A stretch of 63,842 nt of DNA from a bacterium (lineage in GTDB: Bacteria > Patescibacteriota > Minisyncoccia > UBA6257 > GWB1-50-10): contig DAIDAY010000002.1 in assembly GCA_027310365.1 (NCBI GenBank), positions 1 to 63,842 of the forward strand, written 5' to 3'. This document shows, piece by piece, positions 26,268 through 34,148 of this stretch. The position numbers and the translations under genes were made by a program. Below the pieces are notes generated by a model. That model ran no database searches. It had not been told where the DNA came from and was given only the letters and a program-made list of their open reading frames with translations. How positions within the stretch are numbered: the stretch's first letter is position 1; every line of letters begins with the position of its first letter.

Positions 26268-27236
26268 ATGGGTAAAAAACCGCAAAGACGAAAATATAAA
26301 ATAATAAGAGAGGAATCTTATAGCTACCTCTCTTTTTCGTTTAGCAAAACAGATAAGAGGAAGCTGTTTAAACTACCGAATGAAATCTTCGGCGATGTAT
26401 GCGAGAAAAGGATCGCGGAACCAATATTAGCAAAAACATTTCAAGTTTATAAACCAGAGATGCTTATTCAAAAAGCATGGGATCGGTCATATTTTGAGAT
26501 GCTAAAACTATACAAGAAACACTACAAGAAGCCATTTAAGAAGGATCGCCATTTTCTTATCAATACATTCCTTTCTCCGTTTGGGATTTCCTTTAAAGAG
26601 AATCGAGACCTTCTCACAAATGACTTGCTCCCACGGAGACTTTTTACCAACAAAGAGATCAACAATAAATATTTCCCCGATTTCTTATCTGATCGGGTTA
26701 TTGAGAAAAAGTTAAGAACCGAAATAGAGTGCTTCGTACATTTTTGGGCGAATCGATTTTGGGTTTCTTCAGACCCAGATCTTGGAAGGCAATACAGGAT
26801 ACTCACTCCATGGGAGAAAATCGTGTTGTGTGAACTTGTACGCCGCAACCTCCGCCCTCGTCGCAGGGGGATGATTCCAGACAAGCTAGAAAAAATGATG
26901 ATAGGAGATATATACAAGGCTTATGGAAAAGTTGTTTTAGATCATCTTCCCAGTACTCCAGCTAAAGACATCAGTTTACTGAGACAGTGCCTATCTTCTT
27001 ACTCAACAAAAGAAGACTTTTTCTGTGTATCTAAATCCAAATCACGTTTCGAAAAACCATTTTATTTCGTGGAGGTAAAAGGCGAGAGGGTTAAAGCCAA
27101 CCATCCTACTTTTACGCTCAGCCAAAAGGAATTTTTCCATCAATTTAAGGGCAAGGTAGGCATCTTAATACTGCGGATATTCTTGGCTCAGAACAAGATA
27201 GAGGTAAAATGGCTTATTCCAAACTCGGAATCATAA
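26268..27236 (+). CDS. hypothetical protein with a C-terminal PD-(D/E)xK / VRR-NUC-like motif
   Basis: EDFFCVSK...FYFVEVKG...TLSQKEFFHQFKG fits a D...E-x-K...Q nuclease core. The N-terminal roughly 230 aa are unrecognised. The coding sequence is visibly AT-rich. Confidence 0.5.
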   Translation: MGKKPQRRKYKIIREESYSYLSFSFSKTDKRKLFKLPNEIFGDVCEKRIAEPILAKTFQVYKPEMLIQKAWDRSYFEMLKLYKKHYKKPFKKDRHFLINTFLSPFGISFKENRDLLTNDLLPRRLFTNKEINNKYFPDFLSDRVIEKKLRTEIECFVHFWANRFWVSSDPDLGRQYRILTPWEKIVLCELVRRNLRPRRRGMIPDKLEKMMIGDIYKAYGKVVLDHLPSTPAKDISLLRQCLSSYSTKEDFFCVSKSKSRFEKPFYFVEVKGERVKANHPTFTLSQKEFFHQFKGKVGILILRIFLAQNKIEVKWLIPNSES

Positions 27237-27308
27237 AGTTCGTCAAACCCTTCCTTGGAAGTTACTCAAAGTTTACAATCTCATTGAACCCAACGTACCA
27301 TTTCGGGT

Positions 27309-28370
27309 ATGCTTCTCTCATACATGGAGCAGAAGGCAGAAGGAATAAATCTCGGATTTTGGAAAAAGTTGAAGAAGCCGATTATGGCGATGGCGCCCAT
27401 GGCGAACGTTACGGACGCGGCTTTCCGGCGGATGTTTTCCGAGGTTCGCAAGGCGAACCGAGGAACCCTCCATAGCTTTAGCAGAGGAGGGAGGGGAGGA
27501 AGGTGCGGTCCCGACGTCTTCTGGACGGAATTCGTGTCGGTGGAAGGTCTCCTCTCGGAAGGTCGGGAGAAGCTTTTAATCGATCTTCAATATGGCAAGG
27601 ATGAGCACCCTATCGTCGCGCAGCTTTTTGGCGGGAAGCCGGACCAATTCGAGCGAATAGGAGCATTGATCCGCGACCTCGGCTTCGACGGTCTCGATAT
27701 CAACATGGGGTGCCCTGACAAAGGCGTCGAGAGGTCTGGCGGGGGAGCTGCGCTCATTAAGAACCCCACACTCGCGAAGGAGATCATCCGTGCCGCGAAG
27801 CGCAGCCTCGGCGACTTGCCCGTTTCCGTCAAAACCCGCATCGGATACCGGAAGAACGAGATCGAAACCTGGGTGCCGGCGCTTCTCGAAGAAAATATCG
27901 CAGCTTTGATCGTCCATTTCCGGACGCGGAATGAAATGTCGAAAGTCCCGGCGCACTGGAACCTCGCGCCGAAGATCGTGGAGATGCGGGATCGGATCGC
28001 GCCAAAAACGCTTCTCTTGGGGAATGGAGATATTGCGTCTCTCGATGAGGCAAAGCAGCGCGCAAAAGAAACCAGCCTCGATGGTATGATGGTGGGGCGC
28101 GGCGTTTTCGGGAATCCGTGGTTTTTCTCGGGGTACACGCCGAGCGTGAAAGAAAAGCTTGAACGCTTGGTCAATCACACGGAACTTTTCGAGAGGCTTT
28201 ATAAAAGTGACCAGCCCGTGAGATTAAAGAACTTCGAAGTCATGAAGAAACACTTTAAGGCATACGTTTCCGGTTTCGACGGCGCAAAAGAGTTGCGCAT
28301 CGAACTTATGAAAGCGAAAAATGCCGATGATGTCCGGCGGATAATTAAGCGGCTCCTGAGGGGAATCTAG
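27309..28370 (+). CDS. tRNA-dihydrouridine synthase
   Basis: MAPMANVTDAAFRRMF, DINMGCP and a TIM-barrel pattern. A Gly/Arg-rich insert sits near the N-terminus. Confidence 0.9.
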   Translation: MLLSYMEQKAEGINLGFWKKLKKPIMAMAPMANVTDAAFRRMFSEVRKANRGTLHSFSRGGRGGRCGPDVFWTEFVSVEGLLSEGREKLLIDLQYGKDEHPIVAQLFGGKPDQFERIGALIRDLGFDGLDINMGCPDKGVERSGGGAALIKNPTLAKEIIRAAKRSLGDLPVSVKTRIGYRKNEIETWVPALLEENIAALIVHFRTRNEMSKVPAHWNLAPKIVEMRDRIAPKTLLLGNGDIASLDEAKQRAKETSLDGMMVGRGVFGNPWFFSGYTPSVKEKLERLVNHTELFERLYKSDQPVRLKNFEVMKKHFKAYVSGFDGAKELRIELMKAKNADDVRRIIKRLLRGI

Positions 28371-28570
28371 CTTGCAGTGGCGGGAGGAATCAAACAACGA
28401 CCATCCGCTCTGCGGCAGATTGTCGTTCTAACACCCCTCGGTTTAGTACCTGCCTGCGCAGGCAGGTTTCCGCCGAGGGAGACCAACGCGTTCTCTCTTC
28501 GCCAACTCCTGTTCAAATCCTTCCCAGAAACCAAAACAAGACAATACAAGGCCGTCTCCTTTTGGTTTTG

Positions 28571-28657
28571 CGGAGGGTACAGGATTTGAACCTGTGAGGG
28601 GATTTCTCCCCAAGCGCATTTCGAGTGCGCCGCACTAGACCACTATGCGAACCCTCC
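28571..28657 (-). tRNA. tRNA-Ser (anticodon CGA)
   Basis: Folded by hand. Acceptor GGAGGGT/ACCCTCC, anticodon stem GCGCA/TGCGC with loop CTCGAAA, a long variable arm, and T-arm ACAGG-TTCAAAT-CCTGT. CCA is not encoded. Confidence 0.9.
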
Positions 28658-28686
28658 GTTATTTTCCATGAACAGAAGTTGGTATG

Positions 28687-28759
28687 TGCCCCCGGACGGA
28701 ATTGAACCATCATCATCCCCTTAGGACGGGGCCGCTACTGTCCGTTGAGCTACGGGGGC
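28687..28759 (-). tRNA. tRNA-Arg (anticodon CCT)
   Basis: Acceptor GCCCCCG/CGGGGGC, anticodon loop GTCCTAA, and T-arm GATGG-TTCAATT-CCGTC. The D-stem and the 27:43 pair are imperfect. Confidence 0.8.
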
Positions 28760-28940
28760 AAGATTTACCCACTCGCCGTCTCTTCATAGATACTATCGAT
28801 TTAAGAGCTTGTCAATTGGACCATTACGACTTTCTTGATGGGGATGCCGGCGTGGGGGTTATCATCAGAGCACTGCACCTTTCCAATATATCCCGCCATT
28901 CATTTACTAACCCCTGAGTATCGTAAGGAGGTGAATCGCA

Positions 28941-29312
28941 ATGCTGTCTCAAGACAAGCAACGCGATATTGTCACTGAAGCTCTTCGTCATCTCGGAAGA
29001 GAATATGATCGGGTACATTTCAACTGCCTCACGTTCGTGCGACTGGTGTATGAGAACGTTGGCCTCAAACTTCCCCCGCTTCGACTCAATATTCTGCCCT
29101 CTCAATTGACCAACCCACCAGTTGGCTTCATGCTGTATCTGAAACACAAGACCGCATCGAAGGATCGAAGATTCACTCATGTAGCCATTGTTTTGGATAA
29201 CTGCACCTGCATCCATTGTTCAAAGTTTTTCGGGAACGCAGTCGTCATAACAGAATACGAGAAACTCTTTGAGATGTACGACCTGGCCATGGAGCAAACC
29301 GGATCGGGATAA
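28941..29312 (+). CDS. NlpC/P60-like cysteine peptidase domain protein
   Basis: Strong SD (AAGGAGGTG). FNCLTFVRLVYENVG (catalytic Cys context) and THVAIVL (His). Confidence 0.6.
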   Translation: MLSQDKQRDIVTEALRHLGREYDRVHFNCLTFVRLVYENVGLKLPPLRLNILPSQLTNPPVGFMLYLKHKTASKDRRFTHVAIVLDNCTCIHCSKFFGNAVVITEYEKLFEMYDLAMEQTGSG

Positions 29313-29326
29313 TATCGCTTTTTAAT

Positions 29327-29352
29327 GGAAGTATCGGAACTACTTCCATTTT
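29327..29352 (+). terminator. rho-independent terminator
   Basis: GGAAGTA-TCGGAAC-TACTTCC followed by ATTTTT. Confidence 0.7.
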
Positions 29353-29792
29353 TATTCTCATTTTAATGAGCAAAGCTTAACACTCCATCTTTTTCCAAAG
29401 AAATAAGAGACCCCCCCAAAGGTCTCTTAAGTTATGTACAGCGGGCTGCACCCGTCTCCAATCTTCAGTTGGTGCCACTTCCTGGGTAAACAACTTTACA
29501 GTGGTCCCAGCAATGACTGAAGAAGTGGAGAGGGCTCGAGAATTATTTGTGATCAACAAAGAAACCCGGTTAGACAACTCTCAATACAACATCGAAGATT
29601 TCATCGAGGCCTGCTTGCGTTACCACGAAAATGACAGTAATATAGCTGTTGGGAAATTGAAGGAAGAAAAATAGTGAAGCTCTCCGCCTTCAAGCACGGG
29701 AGCTTCCCGGAAGCGGAATACGAGATTCGGGATGCCATCCGTTCATTCCTGCCGCACGGCGGCGGGGCTTTCCGGGCGGGGCTGGCAAAACG

Positions 29793-29864
29793 CACTCTTA
29801 GCTCAGTGGTAGAGCGTTCCCTTGACATGGGAAAGGCCGGGAGTTCGATCCTTCCAGGGTGCAC
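29793..29864 (+). tRNA. tRNA-Val (anticodon GAC)
   Basis: GCACTCT acceptor, D-arm GCTC-AGTGGTA-GAGC, anticodon stem TTCCC/GGGAA with loop TTGACAT, and T-loop TTCGATC. Confidence 0.9.
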
Positions 29865-29982
29865 ACAGATAGGATAAAAGATTCTCTTCGTGATTTTTTC
29901 ACATCAGCAGGGAAATGGGTAGCGCGAGAATCCGTTGACTCCGCATGCAAGCAGGGCTTCCTTCGGGGTATGGCCGAAGGCT

Positions 29983-30465
29983 CTAGAACCCTACCCATTC
30001 AATCAGCGTTTCAAGGAGTGTTTCTTCATACTCGCCCTCGTGAACACTCTTTCCTTCAAGAAATTTTTTTACCTCTCCCTCGATACCCTCCGCGAGGGGA
30101 ATTTTCAGATAAGGATTGGCGATCGCTTTCTTTTTCAATACCAGGATAGCGCTGCGGTGCGGCTTCGGCACAATGGCGAAGCCGCTTATGTCGGCATAGC
30201 GGTAAACCGTTTCGGAGTCGCCGATTTTGAATCCTTCACTGCTCAGTTTGAATTTCACGTTTTCCGGCTTTCGCTCACCGAGGTAGACGACCATGATGCC
30301 GCTGATAACCAGAAAAACGAAAAAAAAGAAATTCTTCTTCAGCAGCGCGAAAAGAATTATCAAGAAGAAAGCAACGGCGAAGATGGAATACCACCCTGCG
30401 CCTTTCGCCGAATAATTGAATTCGGGAGCTTCCCAAACTATTTCATTTTTTTCTGTCGCGTACAT
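29983..30465 (-). CDS. hypothetical membrane protein
   Basis: The track ORF starts at a TTG (30486); the first ATG is at 30465 (MYATEKNEIVWEAPEF). Two adjacent TM helices are followed by a soluble domain. Confidence 0.5.
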   Translation of the reverse strand: MYATEKNEIVWEAPEFNYSAKGAGWYSIFAVAFFLIILFALLKKNFFFFVFLVISGIMVVYLGERKPENVKFKLSSEGFKIGDSETVYRYADISGFAIVPKPHRSAILVLKKKAIANPYLKIPLAEGIEGEVKKFLEGKSVHEGEYEETLLETLIEWVGF

Positions 30466-30538
30466 GTAAGCCCCGAGGGGAATCAAACTCCTGTTTACGC
30501 GCTGCTGTGTTCCCCGCTTAAGTTAGACGATAAACTCT

Positions 30539-30616
30539 TGGTAGCCTCAATGGGATTCGAACCCATGTTACCGCCGTGAAAGGGCGATGTCCTGGACCGG
30601 GCTAGACGATGAGGCC
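30539..30616 (-). tRNA. tRNA-Glu (anticodon TTC), CCA encoded
   Basis: D-arm GTCT/GGAC, anticodon stem TCGCC/GGCGG with loop CTTTCAC, T-arm ATGGG-TTCGAAT-CCCAT, and 3' ACCA. The 1:72 pair is G-U. Confidence 0.85.
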
Positions 30617-30916
30617 ATTCTCACTCGATCTGAAGTAAGCGGAGTACTCATCATGTACAAACAGTATAAAGCTTTTTTGAGCTTCTGAAAAGAGACGGAT
30701 TTTCCGAGAGGGTTCGTCGAACGGAACAGTGGGCGGCCAACGTATTTTACGTTACCACAATGATTTTTTTCTGGGTCATGGTTTTCCGTGAACCAGAACC
30801 TTGCCCAACAGGCAAATCTGAAGGTATCCATCGCCGCTTCAAGGGATGTTTTCGGCTTCTCTCAAGATGCGGATGGATGCCGCCCGCTGTTTATAATCGT
30901 AATTGAGCAGGGAGGG

Positions 30917-31918
30917 CTATATGCCGCACCCGCTTTGCTGCCGCGGCTGGGCCGGCTGGCCGGCGCCGATGCCGCAGCTGCTTCCGCTGCTCTGCCCGCG
31001 TGGCTGGCCGACTTGGGCGGAAACAAGCGCGTATCCCGCAGCGCTTGAATAATCGGCCCCAAGCACTTCTTGCGGATTGATGTCTTTCCAATCGATGCCC
31101 TTATTTTTCAGGTATGTCGCGATAGTAAGATAGACATCGGGGAACCAGTAAGAATTGGCGGCAAGAGCTGCTTTCCACATCTGTTCTTCGGTTGCGCCTT
31201 GAGATGCCATGAGTTCCAGGAGACCCAGCATCGCCATGCCGTGGTTGCAGTCCGGGAAATGTGTTGAATTGCCGCAACAGGGGCGGTAGATGCCTCTTGA
31301 GATCTTATCGACAAGGGCTTGCTGTTCCGGTGTCAGCGTAAAGAACGAATGACGGCTGTAGTGATCCATTGCGCTGCCTTTGGCGATCGTCCAGCCGCCG
31401 GTCGCGGCGAAATTTTGCGTGCCGCCGTACTTCGGGTCGACCATTTCTCCGGATTCCAGTATTGGGTTTTTCTGGGCGAGACCGAGCGCCCAGAACAGGT
31501 TGAGGAGATAGCCGGCGTTGTCCTGCGTGATTTTTATTTTGCCGTCGTTTTTGCCCAGCAACAAATTGTTGTCTTCGTCGGTGAATGCGCCTCTCTGTTC
31601 GTAGATCGCCCTGAATTGACCGGCGTCAATCGCGCCTGCGCTCACGAGTTGCGCGCCGAGGTTGCCCCACGTGGCCGGCAGAACGACGCCCGCCGAGGGC
31701 ACGACGCTTTCCTCCAGTTCAGATCCCCGCACTCCCTGCGGAGAAGTCGGCGAAGTCGCCTGCCGTTGGGGCGTGTTCCGGAGTCCGGTGGTGTACACCC
31801 ATGCGCCGGCGATTATGGCCGTCGAGACAAGAATGCTCGCCGGGAGCAAATAATCTCTTTTGGATTTTGCGGCCGGCGGAGCATCTTTGCCTATTTCATT
31901 TCGCGTTTCTTCTTCCAT
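30917..31918 (-). CDS. membrane-anchored extracytoplasmic protein with a conserved Cys motif (YRPCCGNS..F.DCNHG), unknown family
   Basis: N-terminal TM (LLPASILVSTAIIAGAWVY). Clear paralogy to the C-terminal half of 58556..60217. The C-terminus is a Gly/Gln-rich tail ending SGCGI. Confidence 0.7.
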   Translation of the reverse strand: MEEETRNEIGKDAPPAAKSKRDYLLPASILVSTAIIAGAWVYTTGLRNTPQRQATSPTSPQGVRGSELEESVVPSAGVVLPATWGNLGAQLVSAGAIDAGQFRAIYEQRGAFTDEDNNLLLGKNDGKIKITQDNAGYLLNLFWALGLAQKNPILESGEMVDPKYGGTQNFAATGGWTIAKGSAMDHYSRHSFFTLTPEQQALVDKISRGIYRPCCGNSTHFPDCNHGMAMLGLLELMASQGATEEQMWKAALAANSYWFPDVYLTIATYLKNKGIDWKDINPQEVLGADYSSAAGYALVSAQVGQPRGQSSGSSCGIGAGQPAQPRQQSGCGI

Positions 31919-31923
31919 GGCTC

Positions 31924-32556
31924 TTATTTTAGTTTTGCGACTTCAGCGGCCAACTGATCGTTCCGGATGCCCATTTGCGGATCGTCGAGAACATACCTGA
32001 CTATCCCTCCTTTATCCATGAGCACGAAGGTGTGTCCTGGGAGCGATCCCGGGTGCATGGAAGACGGCATTCCCAGCATGTTGAATTTATTCGAAACCGC
32101 CGCTCCTGTGTCAAAGACTACGGTCGCTTGAGCCAGTTCCGGCATTTTATCGATTGCTTTCTGCCAGTCTTCTTTTGCGTCGACCAGCACTGTCAGAACG
32201 ACGGTGTCAGCCGTCCTGAACCGATCGTCTTTTGCTAAGGCGACGATTTGATTCCAGCATGCCGGATAGCACATCAACCCTTCGCTGAAGAAGAGAATGA
32301 CGTTTTTGCCGCGCAGGCTGTCGGATGAGTACGTGTTCCCGTTGCGATCAGCAAGCGAGAACGGCGGCGATTGTTTTCCCATCAAACCATTCAGGAACGC
32401 AAGCGAAGTATTTTGCTCCGCGTTGGCATGCATGGGATCGGCTGCCGAAGCGCCGGCCGGCGCACTGGTCTTGTTCCGGCCGCCGAAGTAAAACAGCGCG
32501 GCTACGATGAAGACCGCAACTGCAACGAATACTATTATTTTTGTGTTATTTTTCAT
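31924..32556 (-). CDS. membrane-anchored thioredoxin-fold (AhpC/TSA/redoxin-like) protein
   Basis: N-terminal TM. FSLADRNGNTYSSDSLRGKNVILFFSEGLMCYPACWNQ has the redoxin-type layout with a CxxxC. Confidence 0.7.
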   Translation of the reverse strand: MKNNTKIIVFVAVAVFIVAALFYFGGRNKTSAPAGASAADPMHANAEQNTSLAFLNGLMGKQSPPFSLADRNGNTYSSDSLRGKNVILFFSEGLMCYPACWNQIVALAKDDRFRTADTVVLTVLVDAKEDWQKAIDKMPELAQATVVFDTGAAVSNKFNMLGMPSSMHPGSLPGHTFVLMDKGGIVRYVLDDPQMGIRNDQLAAEVAKLK

Positions 32557-33445
32557 GTTGTTTTTTGTCCTCCGGAGCCTCTTCGACGGCGGAGGATTTC
32601 AATTGGCGTATCGCTTTTTTTACGATGAGAATGATCACCCCGATGAGGAGAATCGCCCAGACATATTCAGGTACGATCGTTATGAAGCCGTTGACCGAGT
32701 TCGAAATCCTGGTGAGAAATATGTTTACGCTTATCTGGCTCCCTGCATGGACAAACAGCCGATTCATCAGAGCCAAATAGAGAATCAATATCCCCATCGC
32801 CAAGAAGATGATCCCTGAGATGGCTTCGGAGACGGCGATGTCGATTTTTTTGTTGCCCAACGGGTATGCAATCCGTTTTTGGAACGTTCTCCTCAGCTTC
32901 TGTGCGACGCCAGTCTTATCTGCGACGAGAGAAAGGAGGAATAGGGGAGCGACCATGCCGAACACGTAGCTCAAGGTATAAACTCCTCCCCACACTATCG
33001 ATCCGGGAAGAATCGCGAGCGCCAGAACGCCGGCTAATACCGGCGCGCAGCAAGCGGAAGCGATGCCGGAAAAAACACCGAGAACGAAAACCGAGAACGC
33101 GTTGTGCTTCTTCAGAGTCGGGTTGACCCGAAACGGCAGCGGGAAGCGCTTGCCAGTAAGCAGAATCAGTCCCAGCAAGATTAAGAACAAGCTGCCGGCG
33201 GCGAAAATCGCGTTGTGGTAGCTGCTCACGAACTGGCCGAGCGCGGCGGCCCCGAGACCTATCGGCAGAAATACGGCGAGGATTCCCAAGAAAAACAGGA
33301 AAGTCATCAGGAACACTTTATACCGCTCCCGAAAGATAGAAGCGAAATACGCGGGCAAAAGCACCGTGATGCAGCACGGCGCAAAGAGCGCTGCTGCTCC
33401 AGCGATGAATGCCGCTATGATTGATGCACTGAGCAATAATTCCAT
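32546..33445 (-). CDS. CcdA/DsbD-family thiol-disulfide transmembrane electron-transfer protein
   Basis: Multi-TM, with FAPCCITVLLPAY in TM1 and SACCAPVLAG in a later TM. Confidence 0.65.
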   Translation of the reverse strand: MELLLSASIIAAFIAGAAALFAPCCITVLLPAYFASIFRERYKVFLMTFLFFLGILAVFLPIGLGAAALGQFVSSYHNAIFAAGSLFLILLGLILLTGKRFPLPFRVNPTLKKHNAFSVFVLGVFSGIASACCAPVLAGVLALAILPGSIVWGGVYTLSYVFGMVAPLFLLSLVADKTGVAQKLRRTFQKRIAYPLGNKKIDIAVSEAISGIIFLAMGILILYLALMNRLFVHAGSQISVNIFLTRISNSVNGFITIVPEYVWAILLIGVIILIVKKAIRQLKSSAVEEAPEDKKQHEK

Positions 33446-33477
33446 AATGTTCGTTCTGTAAATCTATAAAAGCAAAA

Positions 33478-33500
33478 ACCCGCCAGGTCGTTCGGCGGGT
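33478..33500 (-). terminator. rho-independent terminator (minus strand)
   Basis: Minus strand reads ACCCGCC-GAACGACCU-GGCGGGU followed by UUUUGCUUUU. Confidence 0.7.
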
Positions 33501-33521
33501 GCATGGACCTCGGATCAATCC

Positions 33522-34037
33522 TCAGTTCTCCCCGGCTGGACCCCGCTCAGCAGTCCATCTCTCCGCGAATCGGAGAGCTTTCTGCGGAATGGACCGGGAA
33601 CAGCCATGCACCCTTTGCGGTGCATGCGGATATTTTTTTTCGCGTAAGGCAATCCAGCGCAAAAGCCATCGTTTTGACGGATAAAGCTCCGGGTCGTCGC
33701 GCCGGCATCTCCCGCGAGAAGAAATTTGCAGCGGCGACGTTCTCTGCGCCACCGGCCCGAAAAGCGGGGATGCGGCGATCAATAAGACAAAAAGCGCCAG
33801 GAACGAGGCGCCGGCGCTCACCGCGCTTTGCGCAAAATTTTGCAGTCCGGAAATATGATGAAACGCCTCGGCGAGAGGGCCGCTGTTGGCGAACGGCGCG
33901 CAATTGTCACTCGACAGCGCGGAAAGAGGGCAGGAATGCCGGCCATTATAATTCGCCATGCTGATCCCGAATACTCCAAACAAGCCAACGGCTACCAAGC
34001 TGGCGACAACTACGACGGCAATGATTCCCGATCGCAT
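33522..34037 (-). CDS. small Cys-bearing membrane protein (paralog of 62169..62615), possibly frameshifted
   Basis: TM1, then SCPLSALSSDNC, then TM2, then RRDD, as in the paralog. The C-terminal part diverges, and a motif resembling the paralog's end appears in another frame. Confidence 0.45.
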   Translation of the reverse strand: MRSGIIAVVVVASLVAVGLFGVFGISMANYNGRHSCPLSALSSDNCAPFANSGPLAEAFHHISGLQNFAQSAVSAGASFLALFVLLIAASPLFGPVAQRTSPLQISSRGRCRRDDPELYPSKRWLLRWIALREKKYPHAPQRVHGCSRSIPQKALRFAERWTAERGPAGEN

Positions 34038-34148
34038 GGCATTGTCATTTTAGCATAGACCAATCACAATTTTCAATTGCGCCCGCCGGAAGTTCCCGCC
34101 GCGCCGAAGCCCGGCGGCGAAGCGCGGGAGACAGGGTGGATGCGGGGG

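Noticed and set aside
28500-28570. A TTCAAAT T-loop-like string (CTCCTGTTCAAATCCTTCCC) suggesting a fifth tRNA or a tRNA remnant.
   Set aside because: The flanking pentamers are not complementary and no acceptor stem is present. At most it is a decayed fragment.
29377-29577. A 66-aa minus-strand ORF between the NlpC/P60 gene and tRNA-Val.
   Set aside because: It runs through a strong hairpin (AAGAGACC...GGTCTCTT) and has no start context. A 53-aa plus-strand ORF (29513..29674) is marginally more gene-like but also unsupported.
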